A stretch of DNA of 64,000 nucleotides from an uncultured Calditrichaceae bacterium (GTDB lineage Bacteria > Calditrichota > Calditrichia > Calditrichales > J004): the NCBI GenBank assembly GCA_964456445.1, contig CAYWBI010000001.1, positions 49,593-113,592 of the forward strand, given 5' to 3'. The notes below the pieces were generated by a model. It saw only the letters and a list, made by a program, of their open reading frames with translations, was not told the origin of the DNA and did not search any database. Shown here piece after piece: positions 10,007 through 20,794 of the stretch. Position 1 is the first letter of the stretch; each line of letters opens with the position of its first letter. The position numbers and the translations under genes were made by a program.

Positions 10007-12757
10007 TTAACCATGTGCTTCCAGCCAATTGGCGCCGCTGCCGCTTTCTACAACCAACGGAACGCTTAATTGCATGGCATGGGACATAAGGTTTTCAATT
10101 TTATTGGCAAATTCGTCAACAATGGATTTTTCAACTTCAAAAACCAGTTCATCATGCACCTGTAACAACATGGCGGCTGCCGGTTCTTCTTCTATCATAA
10201 AATTATGGACGTTAAGCATGGCCTGCTTAATAAGATCGGCAGCAGAGCCTTGTATGGGGGTGTTGATGGCCGTGCGTTCGGCAAACTCACGGATATTCCG
10301 GTTTGTACTTTTGATTTCAGGCAGATAGCGGCGCCGGTTCATCATCGTTTCCACATAACCCTGTTCCTGGGCCTGGCGGATCGTTTCACGCATAAACATT
10401 TGAATATTGGGGTAGGTTGCAAAATAGTTATAGATAAATTCTTCCGCCTCGCTCGCGGAGATATTCAAACGATTGGCAAGCCCGTATTTGTTCATGCCAT
10501 ACATAATCCCAAAATTAATCGTCTTGGCTTTTCTTCTTTGATCGCCTGTTACCTGATGAATGTCCACATCGAAGATTGACGCTGCAGTCGCGGCGTGTAT
10601 ATCATCTCCCTGCATAAAACCATCGATCAGGACGGGATCGCCGGAGAGATGTGCCATAATCCTGAGTTCAACCTGGGAATAGTCTGCGCTCAGCAATACA
10701 TAATCGTCACGTGATGGAATAAAAGCGCGGCGCATTTCTTTGCCCAGCGATGTGCGGATGGGAATATTTTGAAGATTGGGGTTTGTTGATGACAAGCGTC
10801 CGGTAGCGGCGACGGCCTGCATATACGAGGTGTGCAATTTCCCGGTCAACGGGTTTACCAGTTCCGGGAAGGCGTCTATGTAAGTGTTTTTCAACTTGGT
10901 AAATTGACGATAGTCCAGGACTTTTTGAACAACCGGATGGGCGGCATAGCGCTCCAGTGTTTGCTCCGATGTGGAGATTTGCCCGCTTTTTGTTTTTTTG
11001 GGTTTGCGTTTACCAAGCTCTTCATGGATTTTCAAATCTTCAAATAAAATGTTTCCCAATTGCTGAGGCGAACTTATGTTAAATTCATGACCGGCAATTC
11101 TATGGATTTCATCAATCAATGTTTTCAACTGTCCATCCAGATCAATGGAGATACTTTTTAGTAAATCCAGATCAATACGGATACCATTTTCCTCCATCGT
11201 GCGCAAAACAGCAATCAGGGGCATTTCAAGGTTATAAAAAAGATTTTTCATTGCACTGTTATCTATTTGTGCTTCAAGTATTTTGCATATGCGCAGGGTG
11301 ATATCCGCATCTTCACAGGCATAGGCCGTGACCTCTGCCGCAGGGACCTCCGTCATCCTTTTTTGATTTTTTCCGCTACCGATTAAATCTTTTATAGGGA
11401 TCATCGTATAATCAAGGAGTTTCTCGGCCAGAGCGTCCAGGCCATGCTGCCGGTTGGACGGATTGAGAACATAGGATGCCAACATGGAATCAAAGTAAAC
11501 GTTTTGCACTTCTATGCCGTGATGAGCAAGAATAGCGGTATCAAATTTTAGATTTTGTCCATATTTACGGATTGTAACGTTTTCGAAGATTGGTTTAATT
11601 TTGTCGAGGGTTTCTTTATAAGAAAGACTTATATCCGGGTGGGAAAGCGGAATATAATAAGCTACACCTTCAACCCAACTCAGGGCAATTCCGGCTATTT
11701 TCGCCTGAAAGGGGTCCAGGTCACTGGTTTCCAAATCGAAGACAAACCCCCTTGTCCTTTTAAGTTTTTCAAGCAACCCGACTAACATTTTTATGGAGCC
11801 GATTAATTCGTATGTAACATCGGATGTGCTATGGGAACGGTTATTCGCGGTCAGCTCAGGTTCGACACTCTTCGCTTCCGGGAAAGCGCTTAATTTTAGC
11901 ATCCGGCCCAGCATTTGCGGAAATTCAAGTTCCTTCAAGACAGATGTTGCCGTTTCCTGGTCCCAGGGTTTGAATTCCTGGTCTTTTAAATCGATATCCA
12001 GAGGGGTATTTAATTCGATGGTTGCCAATTTTTGAGATAAATAGGCATCATCTTTATAAGTGATTAAATTTTCCTTTATTTTGCCCTTAACCTCGTCAAT
12101 ATGTGTGTAAATTCCATCGAGATTTTCATAAGCAGCCAGGAGTTTTTGAGCGGTTACCTTTCCGACCTTGGGGACGCCGGGGATATTGTCCGAGGCATCG
12201 CCCATCAATGCCAGCCAGTCGATTATTTGATCCGGACGAACACCAAACTTATCAATAACCCCATCCACATTTAGGATGTCCGCCGGTTTGGGGCCTTTTC
12301 CAACGGCATACATAAACGTATTGTTATTAACAAGCTGGGCCATATCCTTATCGCCGGAGACAATATAAACCTGCAAATTGGATGAAGCATACTTTTGGGC
12401 CAGGGTACCAATAATGTCATCTGCTTCAAAACGGTCTTTCTCGATAAGGCAAAAATTAAGCCCTTTTAAAGTCGAAAGCAGACGGGGATACTGGGCGCGC
12501 ATCTCTTCCGGCATACGTTCCCGGGTCGCCTTGTATTTGTCATACATTTCATGTCGGAACGTAGGCACACTGGTATCAAAAACGACTGTCAGGTAATGCG
12601 GCTGTTCAGTGCTTATCAACTTTAGAAGGGTATTTAAAAAACCAAAGGTAACCGAGGTGTCTTCACCGTTCGAGTTGATCAGCGGATTACGGATAAAGGC
12701 AAAATAACTCCGATAATACAAGGCCGATCCATCGATTAAAAACATCTTTTCCGTCAT
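10007..12757 (-). CDS. polA: DNA polymerase I
   Basis: 916 aa. It has an N-terminal 5'-3' exonuclease, a central 3'-5' exonuclease region, and pol motifs DYSQVELRIMAH and LQVHDELVFE. Confidence 0.95.
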   Translation of the reverse strand: MTEKMFLIDGSALYYRSYFAFIRNPLINSNGEDTSVTFGFLNTLLKLISTEQPHYLTVVFDTSVPTFRHEMYDKYKATRERMPEEMRAQYPRLLSTLKGLNFCLIEKDRFEADDIIGTLAQKYASSNLQVYIVSGDKDMAQLVNNNTFMYAVGKGPKPADILNVDGVIDKFGVRPDQIIDWLALMGDASDNIPGVPKVGKVTAQKLLAAYENLDGIYTHIDEVKGKIKENLITYKDDAYLSQKLATIELNTPLDIDLKDQEFKPWDQETATSVLKELEFPQMLGRMLKLSAFPEAKSVEPELTANNRSHSTSDVTYELIGSIKMLVGLLEKLKRTRGFVFDLETSDLDPFQAKIAGIALSWVEGVAYYIPLSHPDISLSYKETLDKIKPIFENVTIRKYGQNLKFDTAILAHHGIEVQNVYFDSMLASYVLNPSNRQHGLDALAEKLLDYTMIPIKDLIGSGKNQKRMTEVPAAEVTAYACEDADITLRICKILEAQIDNSAMKNLFYNLEMPLIAVLRTMEENGIRIDLDLLKSISIDLDGQLKTLIDEIHRIAGHEFNISSPQQLGNILFEDLKIHEELGKRKPKKTKSGQISTSEQTLERYAAHPVVQKVLDYRQFTKLKNTYIDAFPELVNPLTGKLHTSYMQAVAATGRLSSTNPNLQNIPIRTSLGKEMRRAFIPSRDDYVLLSADYSQVELRIMAHLSGDPVLIDGFMQGDDIHAATAASIFDVDIHQVTGDQRRKAKTINFGIMYGMNKYGLANRLNISASEAEEFIYNYFATYPNIQMFMRETIRQAQEQGYVETMMNRRRYLPEIKSTNRNIREFAERTAINTPIQGSAADLIKQAMLNVHNFMIEEEPAAAMLLQVHDELVFEVEKSIVDEFANKIENLMSHAMQLSVPLVVESGSGANWLEAHG

Positions 12758-12898
12758 GCAGCACCTCCGGGATAAAAGAATTACAGATTATGATAAAATT
12801 GCCGGTCAACAGGTCTTTTGTATTAGAAAAAGTTAAAATCCGGCATCTTTGCCAGGCATTGCAATTTTAGTTGCACTGTATAGAAGAACGCAAAAACT

Positions 12899-15271
12899 TT
12901 ACTGTTCACTGTTTTTTAAAATTCCAACGATTGTTACCCCTGTATCGCCCTCGCCATAGCGACCTGTACGGTAACTGAAGATGTTCTTTTTTTTACTTAA
13001 ATACAGTTGTACCGCTTTGCGCAGGGCGCCCGTGCCCTTACCGTGGACAATGGTAACTTCTTCCCAATTGTTATGTACAATTCTGTCTAAGTAAAATTCA
13101 AGTTCGGAAATTGCATCTTGTGTATCCAGACCGCGCAGGTCCAGCCGGTTCGGTAGATCAGCGGAAACAGATTCTGTGTTTATAAGATGTTCGGGTTGGG
13201 CATCAAGGGGATTCCCCTTTTTAGAAATCAGCTCCAAATCAGAAAGAGGCACGGTCATCCGCATTCCTTCACGTTCCAGCACGATCTCTTTCCTGGGAAT
13301 ATTGACCTTGGCGATGGTACCGCTAACATTGAAAGATATAGAACGCGCCCTTTGACCTTTAGATATTTTTGATATGGGAATAGATGTCTTAATTATTTCC
13401 GGTTCGAGTGATTCTTCATTTTGCGTTTTAAAATCTTCGAGCTTTTTACGCGCTTTTTTAACCGTGTTTTTTTCAGCGGCGGATTCTTTGATCTCCCGTA
13501 TTGCAGCCTCTATTCTGCTGTTTGCCGTAGCAACTATTTCCCTGGCCTTTTGACGGGCATCCCGTTCAATTTGTTTTTGATTTTGCCTGGATTCCGCCAT
13601 ACGCTGATCATATAAATGAGTGAGGGCATTGAGCTTACTTTCCTGAATACTGATCTCATCCAAACGTTGCTGAAAACCGGCGCTCTTTTGGGCAATTTCA
13701 TTTAAGAGAATTTCGATGTTATGTTGTTTGCTGCCTTCAATTTCACGTGCCCGTTTCAAAACACTCTCCGAAATACCATATCTGCGGCATATATCAAAAG
13801 TAAAACTGCTTCCAGGGATACCGGTTTCTAAAATAAAAAGTGGTTTTAGGTTTTGGATATCGTATTGCATTGCCGCGTTAAGGACGCCTTCATTTTCCGC
13901 TGCATAAACCTTTAGCTGTGTTTGATGGGTGGAAACGATGGTACATAATCCCGGTCGGTTCAGTTGTTCCAGTACTGCAATAGCAAGGGCAGCCCCGCCC
14001 GATGGCTCTGTTCCTATACCTATTTCATCGATAAGGACCAGGCCATTGGTTCTGCTTTCGTCCAAAATTGTTTGCAAGCCCTTTACATGCGAAGAAAAGG
14101 TGCTCAGGTCGTTTTCCAGTGATTGTTTATCGCCGATCAGCACAAAAATTTGTTCACAGTAGGGAAAGGAACTGCGTGCATCCACCGGAAGCGGTATTCC
14201 GCACTGCAGCATGAGTTGTAAAACACCAACTGTTTTTAAAGCCACTGTTTTGCCGCCGGCATTTGGCCCGGAGATGATTAGGACATGTTGTTTTTCCGAA
14301 AGGGAAAGATTTAAAGGAACGGTTTCCTTGCCTATTTTTTCAAGTAAAAGCGGGTGGCGTGCATCACGGATATCCCAGGAAAAATCATTGTTGATTACAG
14401 GAATGCTTGCGGAGTGGGACCGTCCATACAAAGCCCGTGCCTGCAATGCGTCCAGAAAAACAAGAGTTTTTAAGTTAGCGTTTAGCTCGTCCCGGTTTTC
14501 CTTTAGAAGTGATGTCAGGCGTTGAAGGATTTTTATAATTTCACGGCGTTCGGAGACAAAAAGACCCTGCAGATCATTGTTAATGCCGACAATGGCCATG
14601 GGTTCCACATATTTTGTGGCACCGCTGCCCGACTGACCATGCACGATCCCCGGAATTTTAGAAACCGAAAATTCACGTACGGGCAATACCAGGCGGCCAT
14701 CGCGCAGGGTGGTATATGTTTCTTGAAGATGCTCTTTATGCTTGCGGCTTAGCCGGTCCAAAACCGTATGGACGTCTTGTTGTAGCCGTGAAATATCTTT
14801 ACGGATAACTTTCAATTCCGGGCTTGCATTATCATATATATTCCCATCCGGATCAATGGTAAATTGTAGTTGATTCAGCAGGGGGTTTAAATCGGCCAAG
14901 CCATGACCTTCCTTTCGAAGATTTGAAAAACTACTGTCTAAATGGGTTAGATAGGAGCGGGTGGCTTCACTGATTTCAAGAAATGTGATAAACTGAAGAC
15001 ATTCCCTTGCCTCCAAAAAACTACCGATGGGTTCCGCCTGATTTAACAATGGACGGATATCCTCGAATGGGCCCAGGGGCAGGCGACCGGAAATTAGCAA
15101 TGTATCCAATTCGGATAATTTGGTAAAATACCGTTCCAGATCGCTATGCGAAATAAACGGTTCTGCAGAAAGGATGCTCTGTTTTCCCAATGCGCAACGG
15201 GCATTTTTTGAAACGATAGACAACACCGCCCCAAAATTTAAACTTTGGGAAGCTTGATTAAACCCATGCAT
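12899..15271 (-). CDS. mutS2: Endonuclease MutS2 (MutS ATPase + C-terminal Smr)
   Basis: 790 aa with Walker A ISGPNAGGKT, a long coiled-coil linker and a C-terminal Smr region LDLRGLD...VTIVHGKGTGALR. Confidence 0.9.
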   Translation of the reverse strand: MHGFNQASQSLNFGAVLSIVSKNARCALGKQSILSAEPFISHSDLERYFTKLSELDTLLISGRLPLGPFEDIRPLLNQAEPIGSFLEARECLQFITFLEISEATRSYLTHLDSSFSNLRKEGHGLADLNPLLNQLQFTIDPDGNIYDNASPELKVIRKDISRLQQDVHTVLDRLSRKHKEHLQETYTTLRDGRLVLPVREFSVSKIPGIVHGQSGSGATKYVEPMAIVGINNDLQGLFVSERREIIKILQRLTSLLKENRDELNANLKTLVFLDALQARALYGRSHSASIPVINNDFSWDIRDARHPLLLEKIGKETVPLNLSLSEKQHVLIISGPNAGGKTVALKTVGVLQLMLQCGIPLPVDARSSFPYCEQIFVLIGDKQSLENDLSTFSSHVKGLQTILDESRTNGLVLIDEIGIGTEPSGGAALAIAVLEQLNRPGLCTIVSTHQTQLKVYAAENEGVLNAAMQYDIQNLKPLFILETGIPGSSFTFDICRRYGISESVLKRAREIEGSKQHNIEILLNEIAQKSAGFQQRLDEISIQESKLNALTHLYDQRMAESRQNQKQIERDARQKAREIVATANSRIEAAIREIKESAAEKNTVKKARKKLEDFKTQNEESLEPEIIKTSIPISKISKGQRARSISFNVSGTIAKVNIPRKEIVLEREGMRMTVPLSDLELISKKGNPLDAQPEHLINTESVSADLPNRLDLRGLDTQDAISELEFYLDRIVHNNWEEVTIVHGKGTGALRKAVQLYLSKKKNIFSYRTGRYGEGDTGVTIVGILKNSEQ

Positions 15272-15272
15272 A

Positions 15273-15851
15273 CTATTTTAACAAATCCTTAAATGGAATT
15301 TTTGCAGCGGTTGAATCCGATATAATCTTATCAATTGAGAAAACATCTTTAAATGATTTGCCGGAATCGCTTTTAAAAAAAAAATTATAGATGACCGGGC
15401 CAAAACTTTTTAAAGGTGCATAAGTGATTGTACCCGCTTTTTTTATCGGGCCGGTGATCAGCGACGAACCGGGTATTATTTCAACAATAACGATGATAAC
15501 ACTCAACATTAAGGCGGTTTTGGTAAAGGAAAATACCGCACCAGCAATTTTATTTACAGGTTGCAAAAAGGTAAAAGTTGCTATTTTGTTCAGCACATTG
15601 CCCAATATCCTAAAAAAGATATTGACTAGCGCAAAGATAGTTATGTAGGCGGTTACTTTGGCGGCGGTATCGGAAAAGGATGGAAACAAATGAAGCAGTT
15701 TAACTTGTAGTAATGGGTGGAAATAGGTCGCCGCAGTGAATCCAAAAACCAGGGCGACCAATACCATTAATTCGGATATCAGCCCACGGAATAAGCCACG
15801 AACGGTAAAAAATATTAAAATGGCAAAAACAACAATATCAAAATAATGCAT
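15273..15851 (-). CDS. cvpA: CvpA-family membrane protein
   Basis: 192 aa with four hydrophobic segments. The N-terminus MHYFDIVVFAILIFFTVRGLFRGLISEL is typical of CvpA, and it sits directly upstream of mutS2, a common arrangement. Confidence 0.7.
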   Translation of the reverse strand: MHYFDIVVFAILIFFTVRGLFRGLISELMVLVALVFGFTAATYFHPLLQVKLLHLFPSFSDTAAKVTAYITIFALVNIFFRILGNVLNKIATFTFLQPVNKIAGAVFSFTKTALMLSVIIVIVEIIPGSSLITGPIKKAGTITYAPLKSFGPVIYNFFFKSDSGKSFKDVFSIDKIISDSTAAKIPFKDLLK

Positions 15852-16297
15852 TATGCGGAAAGTATCTCCCTGGCAAATTGCTGCACCAATTTACCATCTG
15901 CCTTACCTTTAAGACGGGTCATTGCATGCCCCATGACTTTGCCGATATCTTTAATGTCCACGGCGCCAACGGATTCTATAATAAGCTGAACCGCTTTTTT
16001 TATCTCTTCAGGTTCCATTTGTTGCGGCAAATAGCTTTGCAACAATTCCATTTCAAATGTTTCGGCATCGACTAAATCCTGGCGGTTTCCTTTTTTGTAT
16101 TGTTCAATGGAATCCTTACGGCTTTTTACAGCACGGGATATGACGGTTATTGTTTCATCATCGTTCAGTTCGTGCCGCAAACGGATACGTTCATCCTTAA
16201 TCTGCGCCAGGGTCATGCGCAGGGTTTGTACTTTATGTTTCTGACCTGTCTTCATCGCGGTTTTAATGTCTTCTTTTAATCGGTGTTCTAAACTCAT
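15851..16297 (-). CDS. yqeY: GatB/YqeY domain protein
   Basis: MSLEHRLKEDIKTAMKTGQKHKVQTLRMTLAQIKDERI matches the YqeY family N-terminus. I prefer the ATG at 16297 over the track start at 16315. Confidence 0.75.
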   Translation of the reverse strand: MSLEHRLKEDIKTAMKTGQKHKVQTLRMTLAQIKDERIRLRHELNDDETITVISRAVKSRKDSIEQYKKGNRQDLVDAETFEMELLQSYLPQQMEPEEIKKAVQLIIESVGAVDIKDIGKVMGHAMTRLKGKADGKLVQQFAREILSA

Positions 16298-16375
16298 GTC
16301 AGTCCCTGTTAACAAGCAACAATGGGAATTGTTCTTGTTTTAAATGATGTTTTATGTTTCGATTTGTTTCAAATA

Positions 16376-17254
16376 TTAACGGGAATATTTATCTGGATGT
16401 TTTAATAGCTCAATCTCATAGGCCGCGGACTTTTGCCATTCCTTGCTTTTTTCGGCTAATTTAAAATACTTGATCGCTCTATTTTTACTCTTTTTCATTT
16501 TATATACTTCACCAAGATAAAAATTACACCCGGAGCGAATCGTATTGTTTCGGGTTAGTTTGATGGCCTGCAATAACACGCTTTCGGCCTTCGCTAATTC
16601 CTTGGTTTTTACATAGGCCACACCGAGGCGATAGGAGTACTTGGCCCGTAAAAGTTTCTTTTTGGCATATTTTACGGCATTCGCAAAAGCAGCCGTTGCC
16701 TGTTTGTATTTTTTTTCGCCATTATATACCAAACCTAAAATATTATACGCACGATAATAATTCGGTTTAGCAGCTATTGCAGCTTTAAGGTATTTTTCAG
16801 ATTTCTTTAAGTCCTTTTGGGTATAGTAAATTTTACCAAGTCCATAATTTGCATCAGCTGAATTTGGATTAAATGCAAGAACTGCATTATTGGAGTTAAT
16901 GGCATCGGAGTTTTTATCCATGGAAGCCTGTAATTTGGCCAAGGCAATATAAGCTTTTTCAAATTTATCGTTTTTTCTGATGGCATTTTTATATTCAGCC
17001 AGGCTCTTATTATATTTACCGGTTTTTTGATAAGCGAAGGCCAGCATATAATGTGCTTCCGGGAAATTATTGTCCGCCTTTATCGCTTTAAGATATTTAT
17101 CGATAGCGGCAGAATAGTTTTTCTGTTTAATCAGGGTATTGCCTTCATTGTAAGCCTTCCCTGCTTCCGGCGTACGTTTTGTTTTATCCTGGGCAAATGT
17201 ATTTTGAGCTGCAAATGTAATTAATAAGATCAGAGTCAATCTTTTAAGCATCAA
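16376..17254 (-). CDS. Secreted tetratricopeptide-repeat protein
   Basis: Signal peptide MMLKRLTLILLITFAAQNTFA, followed by repeated A..Y..G..Y.....Y..A...Y..A TPR units. Confidence 0.75.
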   Translation of the reverse strand: MMLKRLTLILLITFAAQNTFAQDKTKRTPEAGKAYNEGNTLIKQKNYSAAIDKYLKAIKADNNFPEAHYMLAFAYQKTGKYNKSLAEYKNAIRKNDKFEKAYIALAKLQASMDKNSDAINSNNAVLAFNPNSADANYGLGKIYYTQKDLKKSEKYLKAAIAAKPNYYRAYNILGLVYNGEKKYKQATAAFANAVKYAKKKLLRAKYSYRLGVAYVKTKELAKAESVLLQAIKLTRNNTIRSGCNFYLGEVYKMKKSKNRAIKYFKLAEKSKEWQKSAAYEIELLKHPDKYSR

Positions 17255-17345
17255 GTGCCTCCTTATATATAAGATTTAAAAAGCCTGCAATATATATTTA
17301 TATTCTAATTATCGCAAGCATGTAAACGTTTGAAAAGAAAAAAAA

Positions 17346-18119
17346 TCAGTTTGAAACAGAATTTGGGCTGTTTTTGGCTTCCTCCAGCTCCTTCATTTTT
17401 TTCTTAATGCTGTCTTCAATTGCAAACATCGCATTGGGAATATCAACGTAGTTTGTAGTTTTAATTTCCATTTTATTTACAAAACCTTCAAGTTCTTCCA
17501 AAACATAAGTGATCTTTTGGGTTTCTTTTAAACTTACGGCGATAAGCTTTTCGGCTTTTTGTGAATCGCTGGGATGTTGTTGGGCAAGTTGGGCATATCC
17601 AGAAATCATCGTAGTTGAATTATTGATGTAGTGCGCTAAGGTCGTTAATATTTGACGTAGTGTTTCGACCTTCGTTTTTAAAACATCCTGTTCATGCGCT
17701 TTCGATGCAATTTCCCTGGAATGTTGATAGTTTGAATATACCTTTTTTACGATTTTAGGCAATAAAGTAATGGTATTTGGTGATTTCTCCAAAAAATCAT
17801 TTGCACCCTCCTTGAGCGTATCAATGGCAATTTTCATTTCTTTTTGAGCGGTGATAATAATTACCGGAATGTTTGTTTTTTCCCGGATCAGGCCTAATAT
17901 TTCCTGGCCATTTGTATCCGGTAGATTAAAGTCCAAAAGGACAATATCAATTTCAGATAATTCCACATCAAGAAATTCTGCTTTATTGGCAACCAGTGTA
18001 ATGATACAGTCAAGTTCATCAACCAATATATCGGACTCTAAAAATGCATGATCTTCATCGTCTTCAACAATAAGGATGCGTAAACCTGAAGGATTGTATG
18101 CAGCCGGAGTAATTTGCAT
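17346..18119 (-). CDS. Response regulator: receiver domain + C-terminal DHp/HisKA-like helix, no recognisable output or ATPase domain
   Basis: REC motifs ILIVEDDED, IVLLDFNLPDTNG and VIIITAQ. The C-terminal segment TLAHYINNSTTMISGYAQLA aligns by eye to the H-box pattern sHELrtPLtaIsGYaeLL. Confidence 0.75.
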   Translation of the reverse strand: MQITPAAYNPSGLRILIVEDDEDHAFLESDILVDELDCIITLVANKAEFLDVELSEIDIVLLDFNLPDTNGQEILGLIREKTNIPVIIITAQKEMKIAIDTLKEGANDFLEKSPNTITLLPKIVKKVYSNYQHSREIASKAHEQDVLKTKVETLRQILTTLAHYINNSTTMISGYAQLAQQHPSDSQKAEKLIAVSLKETQKITYVLEELEGFVNKMEIKTTNYVDIPNAMFAIEDSIKKKMKELEEAKNSPNSVSN

Positions 18120-18129
18120 ATATGAGTTC

Positions 18130-20163
18130 CTATGTTATTTCATGGGGCATCCGGATATAAAACTTAGCGCCCCTCCCTATTTTGCTCTCTACGTATATCG
18201 TTCCGCCCAATTTGTCCAACATGTTTTTTGCCATGGCCAACCCCAAACCCGTTCCTCTTTCATCATCCTTTACCTGCACGAACGATTTAAAAATATTTTC
18301 CAAATCTTGCTCCGGGATTCCAGGCCCGTTGTCCGCAACCATAAAGGTTTTACTTGTATCATTGGATTTGTATTCAATCTCAATCTTATTTCCGATCTGT
18401 TTTTCTGGTAAAAACTTGCATGCATTATCAATAAGGTTCTGAAAAATATGTTTTAAAATAGTTTCATGCGAATTTATAATTGGCAGATTTTCAGGAATTT
18501 CCAAAATTATATTCTTTCGTGCAAGGTTTATGCTAAAATCTTCCTTGATGGAATAAAGCAGTTCGTTCATGTCGATCGGACGCATTTCACCACGGATTTC
18601 CGTTGTTTTAAAGTGGGTCAAAATATTATCGATCAATGCCAGCTCTTTTTCAATGTTTTTATTTACACGGTCTAATCTATCGTAAATATCTTTGTTCAAC
18701 TCATCTTTATATTTTCGGTTGATTGAATCGATCAACCCGATAATATTACGAAGGGGCGCTTTCAAATCATGCGATACGGTTTTTACCATATCGTCTTTTT
18801 CCATATTTGACGTTTGCAACAGTTTGTTGGTGAGTTCAAGTTCAGATGTGCGCTGCTGGATCAATCTTTCGAGGTTGGATACCACATCGAGGTTTTCCAG
18901 GTGAAGGCCAACAGTATTGGCAAGCAGTATGAGTTTTTCAATGTCCTTGTGTTCCATTTGGGCGTTTTCACCCAAATCACCTACGAGCAGCAGACCATAT
19001 ATAGCATGTTGTGTACTGACGGGAATAAAGGCATATTTTCCTTGCAAATTATACTGCTTTACGATGCGTGCAAATGGCAACCGGTCATAGATATAAGGAT
19101 TATTTTTACGGATTTCCTTGAAAATAAAACTGTCTTCCGTAATGATATAACCTTTTAACGAACGATTCAGTTTTTTACCGAGAACAGCCAGGCCTTTTAG
19201 ATAAGATTGACTGTATTCAAGTTGGTGGTTTGTGTATTTAAAAAAAATACTTATGGGATACCGGAGCCTCTGGGTTATTTCCTTTACAAAATTCCGATAT
19301 ATTTTTGTTTCGTCCTTCTCCTGACGCAATTCAAGCAAATAGATTACAATATTTGAGAGCGCTTTTAATTCCCGGTCCAGACTTTTATGTTTTATTTCAT
19401 ATTGTCTTTTTAGCTGTTTATTGCTTATTGGGATTTTATGCAATTGTTCTTTTAGCGCCATATTCATTTTTGCTATGGAATTTAGATGGGCTAATATCTC
19501 ATTAAATTCTAATGCAAAATTGGATTTTTCCTCAAATGATTGTTGTCCGATAGATAATAAATGTGAATTATTGAGAATTCGTTTTAATGGAAAATAAAAG
19601 ATTGAATCGAAAAAATAGGTAAAGAGGTAAGTGAAAATTGCTGAAAACAATAAAAATGCCGCGGCCAAATAGCGTGCGGAACTTTCTGCACTAAGAACGC
19701 TGTCGGCAGAAACGCCGAGTATAACTTCTGCGCTACCCTTCTGGGGCAGGTTTTCCAGCTTTTCATGAACCGCCAGAATATAGGAGCTGTTGATATATTC
19801 AGCATCGTCCTGGGGAAGGGCTTCAATTATTTTGCGCGGGTAGGTGTCGGTAGGTCCGCCAAATGAATGAAAACTATTATATCCGTAGATAAACCTTATA
19901 TTAGGTAGCAGCTCCAATGTCGCAACCAAATCAGTTAAATAGGCATCGTTTGAGCTGTAGTTCTCATTTTTAAACTGTAAAACATTTCCGGTTGAGACAA
20001 GAATTTTTTCAGTTTCTTCATTTATGTATGCAATTCTGGTCAACCGGACATGTTGCGGATATAGCAGGAATACAACGATATTCAATACCGTTAATATGGC
20101 GGCTAAAAAAAGCACCAATTGGCTTCGAATAGAGAGCGATTTATATTTTTTTATGTAACTCAT
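18130..20163 (-). CDS. Sensor histidine kinase (2 TM segments, periplasmic loop, GAF-like region, HisKA, HATPase)
   Basis: H-box VSHDLKAPLRNI, N-box NLIDNACKF, G1 VADNGPGI and G2 GTGLGLAMAK. Hydrophobic segments occur near aa 15-35 and 165-185. Confidence 0.9.
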   Translation of the reverse strand: MSYIKKYKSLSIRSQLVLFLAAILTVLNIVVFLLYPQHVRLTRIAYINEETEKILVSTGNVLQFKNENYSSNDAYLTDLVATLELLPNIRFIYGYNSFHSFGGPTDTYPRKIIEALPQDDAEYINSSYILAVHEKLENLPQKGSAEVILGVSADSVLSAESSARYLAAAFLLFSAIFTYLFTYFFDSIFYFPLKRILNNSHLLSIGQQSFEEKSNFALEFNEILAHLNSIAKMNMALKEQLHKIPISNKQLKRQYEIKHKSLDRELKALSNIVIYLLELRQEKDETKIYRNFVKEITQRLRYPISIFFKYTNHQLEYSQSYLKGLAVLGKKLNRSLKGYIITEDSFIFKEIRKNNPYIYDRLPFARIVKQYNLQGKYAFIPVSTQHAIYGLLLVGDLGENAQMEHKDIEKLILLANTVGLHLENLDVVSNLERLIQQRTSELELTNKLLQTSNMEKDDMVKTVSHDLKAPLRNIIGLIDSINRKYKDELNKDIYDRLDRVNKNIEKELALIDNILTHFKTTEIRGEMRPIDMNELLYSIKEDFSINLARKNIILEIPENLPIINSHETILKHIFQNLIDNACKFLPEKQIGNKIEIEYKSNDTSKTFMVADNGPGIPEQDLENIFKSFVQVKDDERGTGLGLAMAKNMLDKLGGTIYVESKIGRGAKFYIRMPHEIT

Positions 20164-20230
20164 CTGATTTTGTATTTCATTAGGGACGCATCATGTCCGT
20201 CAATAACCAATAATCGATATGGAAACGATT

Positions 20231-20794
20231 TTATTTAGCCCTCTCGAGATATTTTCCATCACGTGTATCAATACGCAGCACCTGGCCTTCTTCGATAAAC
20301 TGGGGAACCTGAACTTTCAGCCCGGTTTCCATCAGGGCCGGTTTGTAGGAAGATGTGACGGTTGCGGTTTTTAAATTGGGCTGGGTTTCAACAACTTTAA
20401 GTTCCACTATTGATGGCAATTCCACACCAAGCGGGTTACCTTCATAAAAATTTATTTCACATTCTAAATTGGGTAACAGATAATAAATATCATCGCCCAT
20501 AAATTCCTTAGAAATAGGAATCTGGTCAAATGTTTCGTGGTCCATAAAATAATAATCTTCGCCATCTACATATAAAAATTCCATTTTCCGGGTTTCCAGA
20601 TTGGCCTTTTCCACGGTTTCATCCGAACGGAAACGGTTTTCTGCATTGGACCCGCTTTTAATGTTTTTCATTTTACATTGTACGCCTGCCTGACCTTTGC
20701 CTGGTGTAAAATGGCTCATGGCCGTAACCACATGCAGTTCATTATTATAAAGAATTATCATACCTTTACGTATTTGAGTTGCTTTTATCTTCAT
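20231..20794 (-). CDS. efp: Elongation factor P
   Basis: 187 aa with the loop HFTPGKGQAGVQ (conserved Lys at aa 33) and three-domain EF-P length. Confidence 0.9.
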   Translation of the reverse strand: MKIKATQIRKGMIILYNNELHVVTAMSHFTPGKGQAGVQCKMKNIKSGSNAENRFRSDETVEKANLETRKMEFLYVDGEDYYFMDHETFDQIPISKEFMGDDIYYLLPNLECEINFYEGNPLGVELPSIVELKVVETQPNLKTATVTSSYKPALMETGLKVQVPQFIEEGQVLRIDTRDGKYLERAK

